Shown: one piece after another, positions 40,640 to 54,865 of the stretch | Numbering within the stretch: position 1 is the first letter of the stretch | Layout of the letters: each line of letters opens with the position of its first letter | Assembly: GCA_964016885.1 (NCBI GenBank) | Contig: OZ024740.1 | Span: forward strand, 203,546,001 to 203,610,000 | DNA: 64,000 nucleotides | Direction of reading: 5' to 3' | Source of the DNA: Eledone cirrhosa | Taxonomy: Eukaryota | The notes under the pieces: generated by a model | The model's input: only the letters and a program-made list of their open reading frames with translations | What the model was told of the DNA's origin: nothing | Database searches by the model: none | Position numbers and translations under genes: made by a program

Positions 40640-42140
40640 GTGAAAAGTCCAGTGGAGATGTCGAGTTCAGGTGATACCACAAACTTTGGGAGATCGCCTT
40701 CTACAGGGGATGGTTCGCCAAGTAGACTCTTGAAGAGGTCAGTCCAGCTCTTTTTCCTAGCTTCTTCAGAGCCTCCTTTGATGATGGGTGAAGGTTTCCC
40801 TTTTTTGCCAGTTATTTCGTTGACTAAAGCCCATGCGGCTGCATGCTGTTTGTTTACATGAAGGGTCTTAAGTTTGTTGATTTTTCCTTCTACATACTCT
40901 GCAAGAGTAGTTGTGTACGCCTCATCAAGGTCCTTTTTGCATTGGGTCATTTCGCTTTTCAGTAAACTAGTTGGATTTGAGTTGTACAGAGAAAAAAGAC
41001 TTTGCAATTTTTTGCGCGCTGAGGATACTAAGATATGTGAGCTCAATTTCGTGAGCTTTCTTTTGGTCTTTTGGGGTAAGCTGGAAAGAGCAACTTCCTC
41101 ATTTGCAACAATTAGGTTGGAGTATTTAGTCTAAATGCAATCATCAGTACAGGATAGTTCAGAGAACCTATTGTAGACACTAATTGCATACTGGCTGGAG
41201 AGCTCCTTATTTCTGACACTAACCTCCAGTAAATTTGTCTCATAGGCTCAGCGGGAACTTCTTAGGAGCGCAAAGGCTAAGAGTAACTTTGGAAGAACAA
41301 TCCTGTGCTCAGATCCCACGTTGGAGAAGGAGGAATAGGTTTCAGAGTCGCGTACACTGTTTCGCCATTTTTTCTGAAATAGGATATAATCCAATTGAGC
41401 TCTACTACTGTTAGGGTAGGTGAATGAACAGAGCTTGGATTGCTTTTTCATGAAACTATTTGTAGACTAGAAGAGTTCAAATTCGTCAAGGAGTTGGAGA
41501 AGCATTTCATCATTTCGGTTTGTTTCGGTGAACATCGCCAGGGCCTAGTTTGTCATTGAAGTCGCCTGCAATAGTAGGGTAATTATGGGCAGGGACGTTT
41601 TCAATGACCGATTTCAGAGACTGTAGAAACTGGCGACAGTTTCTTCATCACTGCTATTTGTTGGGCTATCGTAAGATATAAATGTGAGTTTGGGATTTGT
41701 ATTGAACTCGGCAACCATTATTCTATCATCTATCTTTTGGATATTGATGAGGTTGTCACATGCCTTTGATGAGAGAAGCATACCGACTCCACCAATGGTG
41801 CGTTATTGGAGTTTTTGTATGCAGAGGCAGTAACAAGCTGGAAATTGATTGTGTAAACTTTAGGTCTAGATCTGGATGGAAATGTCTATGCACTTGAAGA
41901 CTGATGATGTCAATAGCATTGGATTTAGCGAGTGGGATGTTTACACTTTAGGAGAGGTTTTAATCTGCCTTCTGCTCTATTGAGAACAGTCTGCCTAGAT
42001 GTGAGGTCGCTTTTGAGTGCTACTGGCTACATGTAAACCAGTACAACCTGTCGCATGATCGGGTCGTCGGCGACTAAACCGGCAACCTCGCCAAGCTTGC
42101 TTGGCGAGGTTGCCGATGTGGGGTGTATGGGACTGATTGC
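40640..42140 (-). mobile_element. RTE LINE 5' half (structured 5' UTR + APE endonuclease + linker)
   Basis: GGVGMLLS, GDFN, QLDYIL...S.HRIV; ends at ELDISTGLFT just before RT. Confidence 0.85.
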
Positions 42141-43224
42141 ACACGTGTCTGTGTGTGTGTGTATATGTGAAGGCTCAAATACCATTTTGAGCCTGAGCAA
42201 AGTTAGATCATGCAGGCGCTTCTGAAGGAAAACATTTCAGAAACATGGAAAACCCAACTAGAGGGCGCCTGGAAGTCCTATCAACAATGTCTCCACCTAT
42301 GGGCTAAATAAGAGCTGTCAGTAGCTTTAAAATGGCCTATGCAGTCCTGGCGACGCGTATTTGTATCCAGCTATCGACAAAATGGACTATTCATTGATTT
42401 GCACCAGAGTTCAAGCCCCTGCCTTAACTGATTTTCCTGAAACTCATACTTCATCCTCTGAGACTAATGACAGACCAGTCTTCAGCTTGGCTTTTTAGTC
42501 CTGCTAGGGACTTGCACACTCTTGCACAGATGCTGCAGCAATGGGAGCCTCTCGTAATAGATGTTACGGTCCTGTTTTAGAGCACTTTCAAATGACATTT
42601 CACTCCATTAACCGTGGCACACTCTTTTCACACTCCCCACAGACAGAAATACTGTACAATACACAATTGAGGGTGTTCCCGTGTACGTAGCTTCTCCGAT
42701 GACTTTTATTGACATATATTAACATATAAATACTGACATATATTTGACAGGTGTATGCGACTTTGTGTGTATATATATAAATATGTATACACACACATAC
42801 AGAGGACGATAACCTCACATTTTGGTTATAAATATAGTTTCCATGTATTAATATCACTAGCAGCAAAGTGGTCAATTTTAAATTATTTATTTTTACAAAA
42901 TTTAGTAGATAAATTATGTAATATTCATTCATTATTTATTCAAAGTAGAGCGGTGAATTGGCAGTATCGGTAGAGGGTCGGACGCCATGCTTTGACGTAT
43001 AGAGTTACGGCCCTTGCCATTCTGAGTTCAAATCCCGCCAAGGTTAACTTTGCCTTTCATCCTTACGGGGTCGATAAAATAAAGTACCAGTAATGCACTG
43101 GGTAATTGCTGGCCTTGTGCCTAACGTAGAAACAATTATTCATTCAAAGTAATCCAACTTATTTTACTAACGGGATTTAAAAAAAAACCGTACGCAGTCC
43201 CACACTCCTTCCTTTATTATAGTT

Positions 43225-43267
<43 letters not shown>

Positions 43268-43354
43268 ATTTATGTGTATGTGTATCTTATTATTATTTTG
43301 TCCCATCTACTTTACGGTCAAGTGAAATAGGCGAGTACTGGCTGCTTCTTCAAG

Positions 43355-43389
<35 letters not shown>

Positions 43390-43392
<3 letters not shown>

Positions 43393-44700
43393 AAGAAGCG
43401 TCTCCATTCGTGTCTTGACTGAATCTCCCTGCCTGATTCTCACCTGTATCACGTCTGGCCAGAGAATATAGCAAAGCTAACACACTTATTTGCACCTTTC
43501 ATGACAAAACGCCCACACTCTATCGCGGCACATGGACCAAGAGAGAGACCCGGCCAACATCTCTGATGTGATGTCACTGGCCCTTCACGTCCGACTCTCG
43601 AGCCCCCCCCCCCGGATCCCAAAGATCATTCGCTCCATCATCTCACTCCATGTCAAAAATCTGCCATCCACTTCAGTGAGCGGCGTTCCCATGGCGATTT
43701 CCGCAAAGTCTGGGTGCCGTTTTCATCTTCCTTTTCTCCGAAGTCCGTCAAATCAGCGATTCTGCCGATATCCAAGATGTGACATTCCATCCACAGTCAC
43801 GTTGTTTCAGGAATTCACAGCCGTTACTGTTCCCTTTCCCAATTGAGATGTGCAACACGCACTTGGGGGCTTCATTCTAACTTCCTCGCCTACTTTCATG
43901 AACGCATACTCTCTCTCTCTCTCTCTCTCTTCCACATTCATATATATACATCGCACTGTGTGGCACCGACTGATTAGCCTGTCCCAACCGAGGCAACATA
44001 TTGTACCAGAACACCGCCTCCATTGGTGAAATGTATCTCCTCTCCGCCATGGCCTTGATCGCGTGATGGTGTCTCTCTACGATCCCATTTCCACTCGGCC
44101 TGCACGCCGTTCTGAAGAAGCGGCTCACATTTCACCCCATCAAGCATCTCCTTCAGCACCTCCGAGCAAAATGCCGTGCTATTATCCACGAACAGTTCAT
44201 CTGCAGGGCTCCGTACCAAGAATATCTCTTTCAGCGTCCCTACAATTTCCCCCGTAGTCTCCATCTTCCTCTCCTTCCGTATTGCCATCCGCCCCGATCC
44301 GCAAACGACCATCGAGAGATACGTCCTCTGTCGGTAGTGTTTCACATCAACTGCCAATCGCTTCCAGTTGCGCTCCACTGGGATGTTACCGGTCTCGTGC
44401 CTGCACAGAGCGGGGTCGCTAGACTGACATCTATTGCAACTCCCGACCACTTTCTGGACACTCTGTCAGGTAACGTCGGAGTCAAGGTTCCTGGCTAGGA
44501 ACAGGGTCCTATCCACTCCTATATGATACATGGTAACCTCCCCAACTCCGAGTCTCTCAGTCGACACACTGCAGCTATCCCTTTTTGTTCGAATCCTCTG
44601 GCACTTCTAGCCAGGCTTTCTTCACCCTGGTTAAGATGTCCGCCTTATTTCTTTCCGAGGGCACAAAGATGACTCTCAACTTTAAGCCGAACTCAGCAGC
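43390..44700 (-). mobile_element. Gypsy-type LTR retrotransposon integrase fragment, with possible LTR remnant near 43390-43520
   Basis: H..H.GVDRTL, C..CQS.DP (HHCC), RLAVDV, VDN.TAF, GNGIVER.H (DDE). Confidence 0.8.
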
Positions 44701-45473
44701 TAGCTCTCCCAGAGTTCCCAATTGGCGCTTTATTAGCATCTCTGCCGCCCCTGGCTAGGTCCTCAGCTTGCCTGATGGCAAGTGGGCCCTTCGGGGGCCT
44801 ACGGTAGAACTTTAGGGGCCAATGCAAAAACTTTGCTTGCAAAGAGAATATCAAGTCATAGAGAAAGAATAACAAATTGAAAAATAAAAATTGATAAACA
44901 AATTGAAAAATAAAAATAAAACAAAGCAAAGCAGTAATATTACACTGATACATATTATATATGTGTGTGACTACTTGTGTGTGTGCCTCTGTGTGTGTAT
45001 ATTTCCATGACACATAGGCGTTATTTACTACAATGTCACCTTTGAATTGATTATATCGTATCTCAAGAAGCGCTGCAAAGTGTTCATTTTATTTTACAAA
45101 GCATTTTCGTGGATGGCGGAATAACAAAGGCTGACAGAGAGATAAGTAAGTCAAGAGCGTTAAGTACAATTTAAAAGGTTAAAATATGTAAGTCTATGTC
45201 GTGATAACCCAATTGCACTTGTCAGTCTGTTACATAATTTTATTTGTTGATAATTCATGGAACACATATGATATGAAAGAGGGAGGGAGAATGGTAACGG
45301 CAAATATTCTAAAATACGTTAACTGTCAATAGAATTATCTTCCCCCACCCCTTCACTCACTCTATCAATTTATCTATCTCTATGTACAGCTATGGAACTA
45401 TCTATCTCCATTCTCCTCCTCTCTCCCTCTCCCCCTCTCTCTCTTTATATTTACAAACACACACACATATATA

Positions 45474-45774
45474 TAATTCGTTTTTGAATTTGTTTTGCGA
45501 GATTTCTTATCTGAAAACGTGTGTTGAAACAGATATTGTTATACTTTCAGAGGGTCATGCTGCCAATAAAAACACACGCACCTATCGGTTTCACTTCAAT
45601 TTATTATAAGTTTCCGGGTGGTTGGTTGGTTTGATAACGGGAAGGTTGTTTATATATTGTCAAAGTTCTTTCGTCACACATTATGTGACCTCCTCAGTCA
45701 CTAGGTATTTTTGTGTTTTGTGTGTTGTGTGCTTAGTTTGCGCATGCGTTACATCCGGGTACGTATGTGTATTT

Positions 45775-45805
<31 letters not shown>

Positions 45806-46563
45806 TGTGTTTATTTACTTTTCTATCTGTGTGTGTCTGATTTGTTTTGTTAGTTTGGTTTTTGTGTGTGTCTGTATGTCTTCATTTTGTCTTAATTACT
45901 AGTTGTGATGTTGCTATTCCACTCATGTTTTCTGTTTAATTTTGGTTGGAGTTCGTTTATATTTGTTGCTTCTGTGATTTGTCTGAGCATTGCATCTTTT
46001 CTGCGTGTGGATATAATTTTTATCTCTATGTCCTCTAATGTGCCCCTATGTTCTATTTTGGCATGTTGGTGAAGTTCTGATGAGTTTTTCCCATCCTGGA
46101 GTTCTCGCCAGTGTTCACTAATGATTTCTCCTATGCTACGGGCTGTTTCACCAATGTATGTTATATTCTTATTCCTACACTGTCCCTCAGTACATCTTAT
46201 GTTATATACTACGTTCCTAGTTTTGTAGTTAGTTTGTGGGCTTAGCTTGCAGACTATGTATTTCCTATCAGCACAGGGAGATCTTTGAAATGGGTATGTT
46301 TTGCTAATTAGGGTTTTTATGGGAATACCAGGTCATTTAACTATCTTAATATTTAATTTGAACTTGTCTAGGGCCCTTCTAAATCTGTAAGCTAGTTCGC
46401 CTCTAGGGGTTGTATTGACGAACATTGCATTCTGGTATTTATTGCTATCCTACCATGAGTTTATTTTATTTGCCTTATTCCTAATCCTTTCTATCCTATT
46501 CCAAAATTTGCTCCTATACATGGGGCAAGTTCCATTTGCATCCTTTTCTACAATCTTTGTCCA
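45474..46563 (-). mobile_element. Naiad-like Penelope element 3' fragment (GIY-YIG + tail), not in the ORF track
   Basis: Hand translation: PMYRSKFWNR...MFVNTTPRGELA...NVVYNIRC...C...TYIGETARS..E..SEH...RQITEA..I.....LNRKHEW*, stop at 45892; internal stops upstream. Confidence 0.85.
45655..45703 (-). ncRNA. Degenerate type I hammerhead in the Naiad-like tail
   Basis: tagtga-CTGAGGA-g-gtcaca/tgtgac-GAAA-gaac-TT-tgacaa; stem I has 2 mismatches. Confidence 0.6.
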
Positions 46564-47482
46564 AGGAAGACCTGCAGTTGATGTCGTCCCAGTTACGTTG
46601 GACATTTGTATACTGGGGGATATTTGTATACTGCCGGTTCAGTCGGCCAGAGTATGCTCAAATTCTGGGGCCAAGTCAGGTTTGGTCGTCTTGCTGAGGA
46701 CCTCACTGATGAGGGTGCAACTGGATGTAATTGAGGAGAGGTAGGCCGGCAGTGCCATATCCGAAGCGGATCGGAGGATGGGCTACCGAACCTCGTTGGG
46801 ACATTGCAGATGAGTTCTGCACAGCGTCGGATGGTGACATCGAGTTCACTGAGATGATCTGTGTGGGCGTGACAAGGTGCACCACGTAGCGTGAACAATA
46901 ATTTGGGGAGGGTGAAGCAGTTCCTCAAGAGGCTTTCGAAAGAATTGGAGAGCCGAGAATCATGGCGGCGTCTTTGGGCGTTAACTGAGTCCCGGACAAG
47001 ACGAGATGGATGCTGAGTATGGCGTCGTGGAATTCGGCCTCTCTGTTGCTAACATTTATCACCTCGGACTTGGATTAGTTGATCTCAAGTCCGACGAGCT
47101 TTAGAGATGGGATGGTTAGCCGATGGTCCTCAATTACAGTCTAAGCCGAACCACCCAAAGTCATGTCGTCCAGGTACCAAACATTGAAGGGCGACCGGAC
47201 CGAGTGGGTAACTAACATCGTCAACTGTCAGCGCAAAGAGGTGCAGGCCGAGTGGATCTTCCTGTTGGACACCCGTAGCGGAAGTAACCCTGTTGTTAGC
47301 GGCCACGATTAAGCTGGGTCTTCCGTACGAGAGATGAACGAGAAAGTAAATAGGGGTAGCTCGTCTGAGACCGTCTCTAGAACGCGATCCCGCCTAACGT
47401 TGTTGAAGGCGTTTCTCATGGCCAGCTTCACAAGTAGGTGAGGTGACAAAGGAGGCATGTGCTCTATAAAGTGCCTGGCCCC
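46564..47482 (-). mobile_element. CRE-like non-LTR RT fragment
   Basis: GVQQEDPLG..LFAL, VWYLDD.TLGG, LEIN..KSE, LPKLLF.LR. Confidence 0.75.
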
Positions 47483-48099
47483 ATAGCGAGTTCATTTCTC
47501 TAGTTTTGTTATATTTAGATTGTGAAGGATGACGACAGTTTCTGATGGGAATCTCAACAAAAATTGAAATTCATCTTTTTCAATCTCAGACCAAATACCT
47601 AAATAAGATGTTTTCATGATTAGATATATAAACATGTATGTTTATGAGTTTACGTACACATTTCTTTCAGCTTTGGTTGTTCAACAACGCACATCAGATC
47701 TTTATACTCTTACAACTTTATACAGACAAACCAACACCAGCACCCAGCAATTTGAGGGAGGGGAAAGTCGATTAAATCTACCCCAATGCGTTACTGGTAC
47801 TTTATTATAACGACCCTGTAAGGATGGAAGGCAAAGTTAACCGCGGTGGGATTTGAACTCAGAGCGTAAAGGGCCGTAATTCTATGCCACGAAGCAGTGT
47901 GTCCGATGCTCTACCGATACTGCCAATCCACTACACTAGAAATAATACATGGCAGCAGATGTTTTCCTGTTTTAATCGGTTAATCAGTCATATATATATC
48001 AAAAGAAAGGTCACGACTGAAAGCTATAAAGTTAGACACCACTCTCTTTCTGACATCTCTCTTTGGCCCATAAACGCGGTGTTTTTTCTCTCTTTTCAC

Positions 48100-48455
<356 letters not shown>

Positions 48456-48814
48456 TACCACAATAACTTCTACCTCTCAGAGCTCACCACTCCGTCATAA
48501 ATAATTCGGTCACTTCTCTCAACACTGATATTTTGTCTTACCCTTTCCTATCAGAAGATCGTCCTTGAAGATTTCTCTCCCTCCACTGCACTCGCCAACT
48601 TGTTAAAACATGTAAGAGGAAGATAGGATCAAATGCTCTGATCTCTAAAGATCTACGAGGTCGTAACACAGCCCTTTCCCGAGGAAGGAGTAACCTCCGA
48701 TACGTTAAAACATTTGTTTTCCTTTTCCAACAAGGGTGAAACTAATAAGAATTATGTTATTGTTTCTCTGTGTTCGTCTTGTTTATCTGAAACTACATAC
48801 ATACATACATACAT

Positions 48815-50186
48815 ATAAAATGGCAAAAAACAATCTCTCTATTGGCTATATAAACAGAATGAAGCTACACTGGGACGAAATACACCCAGAGCTAAATTAT
48901 TTCACAGCGAAACAATTACATCAACAAGCGACGTTTGTTGAACGTAAAAATAAGATAAATATTATTAATTGTAAGTCCCCCACAACAAACACGGAATCAA
49001 CAACACGTGCTACAGGTCGCCATGCTTCTAGACTTCCTAGCAGCGACACCACGCGTACCATCTAAGTCTACCTCGAATGCTGGGGAAAACACTATCGATA
49101 ATAATAATAATCGAAGAAATTTGATACCACGTGTACCATCTGAGTCTACCTCAACTATTGTGGAAAATACTATCGATAATGATAATAACCAAAAGTATAA
49201 ACAATTGAAAATTTCCCTCAACGAAATCTTCCAGAGAGAAATTAATTCCTGTATAAATATCTCTCTTGCTGAACGTATTAAAACGACAATGTTTAATAAA
49301 AAACTAAATAATGAAATATTACGTGTTATTAACGAAATAGGGGATGAATATTTACGACGGATAAAAACCCCAACATTTTGGCAAATCAACGCCTGTTTAT
49401 ATGCCCTAGCAACGACAGTGAAGCATTATCTTGGTGATAGCAGAGATATTAACAAGAACAAAACATCACCAAAAATACCATCATATATAACTAAAATAGA
49501 AAAAAAGAGTGCTGACCTACGAAAAAACATAGGACATGTGACAATGCTCCTTACATGCAAACAAACACAAAAAACCCCCACTCCTCACCAACAAAGAGTG
49601 AAAAATAAAATAGAGACGATGTTTGGTAACAGTAGAACCAGAACTCTCCAATATAAGCTGATCACCCTCAAACAAGAATTGAGAGCTGTTAGCGAAAAAC
49701 GCCGATACCTGAAGAAGGTAGATGAGAGAAAAATGCTTAATAAAAGATTCAGACGAAACCAAACATCAGTCTATAGAGATATGAAGGGCAAAATAATAAG
49801 TGTCCCAGAAAGACATAGATTCCTTTAGGAGCAAAATATGGGGTGAAAAGAAGAATTTCAACCAAGATGCAGTGTGGCTAAAAGAAATCCGAAAGAAATA
49901 TTGCTCCTACACTACAACAAAAACATACGAAATAAATGGGTACTGTGATAGGAAAACTCCAAGATAAGAAAACACCAGGAAGAGACATGATTGTCGGCTA
50001 CTGGTACAAAAAAATGATATTCTATCGGAGGTATCTTACTGACCTCTACCAACAAGTTCTTAAGGGAGATACACTTATACCAGAATGGTTGACATTAGCA
50101 CAAACATTACTGGTCCTCAAGAACAAAGACACCCACTTGGCAAAAAACTACCAACCCATTGCATGCCAGAACCTGATGTATACCAG
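48815..50186 (+). mobile_element. R4/Dong-type non-LTR element, 5' part
   Basis: GY.NRMK..WDE.HPE; KTPGRD.IVGYW.K; P.WL; KNYQPIACQN.MY; stops. Confidence 0.82.
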
Positions 50187-51650
50187 GTGATCAAAACACT
50201 CGAAAACAAAAAATCACCCGGTCTTGACAACATACCCAGTATAATTTGGAAAGTCCAAAACCTTACTTCAGTCCTATTATCAATCTGCAACGACACCTTA
50301 AGCAACAAAACTCCTCCAACAAGTTGGTTAAAAGCAGGCATAGTTCCTGTTCCCCCAAAAGGTGACTTCTCATCCCCACAAAACTACCGGGGAATATCAC
50401 TTATGCCCATTGCTGCCAAGATCTACAAGCTAATCCTCAACCGTATAGTTCCGTATGATTCAATCCTTCGCATCAACCAAAACGGTTTTAGGCGTGGTAA
50501 ATCTACACTTGCACAAATTTTGGCCTTGAGAAGAGTAGTGGAAGAGATGAGAAACTCCAACAGAAAAATGGCTCTAGTTTTTGTTGATTTTAGAAAAGCT
50601 TTTGACAGCATAAACAAAGACATTTTGTTTGAAATTCAACCCTTGTATGGCATCCCAGCAAGACTTGTGGAAGCGATTAAGGCTCTGTATATCAACACAA
50701 GGGCCACTATCATCACCCCCGATGGCCCAACAGAGTTCTTTGACATCTCAGCAGGAATGCTGTAGGGTGACACTCTTGCCCCATTCCTCTTCATCAATGC
50801 ACTAGACTATGTCCTGAGACTCTCAATTGACAAAATCAATAACAAAGGTATAACCATCAAACCCTGCATGAGCTCTAGGCACCTCTCTAAACATCTCACT
50901 GACCTTGACTTTGCAGATGACATTGCACTTCTTGAAGATTGCCTAAAAAATGCGCAACAACTTTTGACATCTCAGAAAGCAGCCGCCCTCGTTGGCCTTC
51001 ATCTCAACGAGGGTAAACAGAGTACATATCAAACTGTACAGGCAACAATATCCTAAGGAAACGGCAGTGATACCAAGTAAGTCGAGGATTTCAAGTATCT
51101 TGGGTCCTGGATCATGGACTCTGAGAAGGATTTTGCCACCAGAAAAGCCCAAGCCAGGTCAGCTTGCAACAAGATTGATCGAGCTTGGCGCTCAAATCTT
51201 TCCAACCACACCAAAATCAGACTCTTCCAAGTAACAATTCAACCAATTTTGCTATATGGAAGTGAAACATGGACGCTTTCATCCAAACAACAAAAGCGCC
51301 TTGATGGCACCTACAGTCGCCTGCTTCAACGCATTCAGAACATAATCTGGCGACATCTGCCTTTGAGAGAGATATATGCCGGCCTCCCACGCATATCTGT
51401 CGTTGTACATAAGAGGAGAGTAAGATATGCTGGCCACTGCCATCGTGCCACCTACGAAGCTGTGTCCCCATTAGGCCTTTGGAAACCACAAACAGTCACC
51501 AATAACTGGGAGCGCAAGCTCTCCTATCCCGATGTCATCTCCAGAGATTCTGGTATTGAAATCCAGGACTTGGCAACGGCAATGAACGACAGACCCACGT
51601 GGAGATCAATGGTTGAGTCGATTTCAGCTGAGGCCGCCGGATGATGAAAG
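50187..51650 (+). mobile_element. RTE LINE 3' half (RT to 3' end)
   Basis: KSPGLDNIP, NYRGISL, QNGFR, FVDFRKAFD, DFADD, FKYLGS, LLYGSETW. Confidence 0.9.
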
Positions 51651-52483
51651 GGCCACGTCCGTGTTGCTCATGCTTTGGTGTCATGCGATAGCATTATTCG
51701 AAACCGAGTTGCAACCATCATCATCCTCATCATCATCATAATCACATCTATATCTATCTATCTATCGATATATAGATATATAAGTATGTATACGTTCATA
51801 CATATATGTATACAGACGTACAGTAGTATGTATATATATACATACATGCACACATGTATATATGTACGTGTGGGTTTACCGAACATTTATTATAATGTTC
51901 GGTTTGTTTGTAAACAAACAGCCCGAATTACGCCGTACAGTGCTCGGCAACAGTCGTCGCCCTTTTGTTCAACAGTGACAAAGGAACGATGTACTAGTTT
52001 CAAGATTATTAGCTATCGTCAGCGTCGTTTACCTTTCTGTCAGATGATTGAACGTTTGGAAGTATATACTTTCCCTATGCACATTAACGGCTGAGCAGCC
52101 TAATTTGCATATCGAGTGAGTTAGTCGGCCGGGCGCACCGAGAACGATAAATGGAAAAGAATGAAACGAAGTTTCATTTCTCAGTCTTAGTACGGCTGAT
52201 ACCTAAATATAAGTATGTATACGTACATACATATATGTGTACAGACGTACAGTAGTATGTATATATATACATACATGCACATATATATATATATATATGT
52301 ACGTATGGCTTTACCGAACATTTATTATAATGTTCGGTTTGTTTGTAAACAAACAGCACGTTTTGATCACCACATCGATCGTGCCTCGAGCTGGTCGCCC
52401 GAGAAACAATTGTAATATGTCTAATAAATTCCTTTCGTCGTAACACTGATTCTCTTTTTTCTGCAATATATATATATATATGT

Positions 52484-52648
<165 letters not shown>

Positions 52649-53644
52649 GAATATATGTTACATATATATATATATGTCACGTATACACCCTTATATTAAC
52701 ATACTTTTGCTCATAGCTTCGTATTTACATGCACACACACTCTTTTACTCACATATACACACACACATTTCTTCTATTGGTTCTGTTCTTTTCTTTTGTG
52801 TACTTTATGTCTGTTTTTCTTTGATTTTGTTCCATGTGATGGAAATTAGGACTGTGTACAAGATTCACCAATGCCTGGAGCCCTGTAGTTATAATGTACG
52901 GCACCGTCGTTCAATATGTGGATAGAGTAACTGTGACACTAGAATCCCTCTCAGAACATATTACTTAAACATCTCTCTCCATATTATTTACTCACTTCAG
53001 TCTATATTTTTACTCACCTCAATCCGAATTATCACCTGAAAAGAATTTTTTAAATTCTTTTTTTAATTCTTTAATTTCTAATTGTTAATTTCTTAATTGT
53101 TTAATTTATAATTTCTGATATTTGATTTAGGATTTTAATTTTTATTTCCAACTCTCACTCTTAACTTCCAACGTAAAACCATGATACCTAGAATAAGTTT
53201 ATTTTCCCTTATAAGGTGATGGTCAGTCGTACCGTCAACGCTTAGTGAGGGGTAGTATTATGACCTGTAAATAAAGTACCAGTAATGCACTGAGTAATTG
53301 CTGGCCTTGTGCCTAAAGTAGAAACAAGTATTATGACCTGTAGTAAAAACTAACACTCTCCCATCCCCTCTGGCTCTCGGCTGACTGCCACAGCCGTGAT
53401 GGGTAGCAGTAAAATATGGGTCAGGCCATTGTTTTGGCTGACAGGGTGAACTGACTAAGCAAATTTCGTTGAAATCTGCGGTGGCTAATGGTCAACTTCC
53501 TTCGGACATGCGCTTGCGCAGGCCGGTGGGGGTGAATTGGTACTCACAGGGGAGCGGATGAAAAACCCCAAAACACGCAATTCATCCGTTCCCATGTCGA
53601 TCCAATTTGGATTGCCTCGGAAACATAACCTTATTATTTAACAA

Positions 53645-53709
53645 GCTGTCTGATGATGACACGACACTCGCACACAGAACAGTGTCGTCATTGAAATATA
53701 TATCACAGC
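53645..53709 (+). ncRNA. Type I minimal hammerhead in a non-coding element (about 53345-53835) ending in (TA)n
   Basis: gctgt-CTGATGA-..acgacact/agtgtcgt..-GAAA-TATATA-TC-acagc; predicted cleavage after 53704. Confidence 0.82.
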
Positions 53710-54741
53710 ATTATTATTAAAGGACTTGAACATCTGAAACTACTTCGCTTTTCCTTATTCGATATTTACTCCGTCACTCCTATGTGGAAAAAGTACGTTG
53801 AGTGCTTGAATTGAATTGCATCAATATTTACCCTAATATATATATATAAAACCCTAATATATATATATAAAACCCTTTTTTCCCACTACAAGCCGAATAT
53901 TACATAAAAGAGGGACCCCCCCCCCAACTATATAAACCTCAATCTAATTAGAAAAATATAAAAACATATATTAATAACCTTAAATTACCACACTAATAAT
54001 GGAAAGATATGCTGATGAGAATAGGTGCAAATATGCGATAATGAATGTGTCTAAAAACGTCCATAAGTATGTATATATATGTGAAAATGTATATAAATAA
54101 GTAAATATATATATATATGTTTGATGTGTATAGTTAGATGTAAGTGTATTCATGTATTAAAGTGCTTATATATATATATAGATATATATAGATGTGTATG
54201 TATATGTATATATGTACACATAGACTAGAGTATGTATGTATATATGTGTGTGTCTATACGTGTGTATATAAAGATAAGTTGAGTATGAAAATGTATACAC
54301 ATGAACGCGTATGTATGTACATGAATACATGTGTGTATATATATATATGTATGCATGTGTATATGTATGTAAGTATGAACATGTTACTATGTGAATGTGA
54401 GTATATGTATTTTGTAGAGGTGTGCAAATATATTTGTGTGTGAATGCGTGGGTGAAAGGATACGTACACTTGAAAGAAAAATTTAAGTCTGAATGTTAAT
54501 TAAGTGCAAACACAAAACCAACCACGCATATCTTTACTATCTCTAATCCTTCTATAGATTTAGAAAAATAACCAATAATATATTCTATAAAAATGTCAAA
54601 ACAACAGATGGGAATCTAATTACTCACTGCCACCAAAAATTCTCACTGCTATCAAAAAACCACTCCCTCAACTATTCTTCTAACAACTTCACCCCTCCCT
54701 CCTAATATTCTCTATAAAAACCAAATAGGTCCTCAGTAATA

Positions 54742-54865
54742 TTATTCTGATGAAATGACAGTAAATAATAACATTGAAATATTGAAGAATGTCTGCATAA
54801 CTAAAACTTTGTAGATAGCAGCTGTTTTCAGGTTATGTAACTGTTATAGAAACACGTGTCAATAA
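54742..54865 (+). ncRNA. Type I hammerhead with a large structured stem II insertion
   Basis: ttatt-CTGATGA-a-atgacagt...actgttat-a-GAAA-CACGTG-TC-aataa; predicted cleavage after 54860. Confidence 0.75.

Noticed and set aside
46325-46340. In-frame TGA in the Naiad-like ORF as selenocysteine
   Set aside because: Context KIVK*PG fits a CGA-to-TGA decay; a TAG stop is also present and no SECIS is recognisable downstream
48540-48755. Fourth CAGAAGA...GGGTGAAA hammerhead variant
   Set aside because: Core halves are about 180 nt apart, and stems I and III do not pair convincingly
54005-54060. CTGATGA as a hammerhead core
   Set aside because: No stem II or GAAA partner; likewise the CTGATGA hits inside coding exons and LINE ORFs
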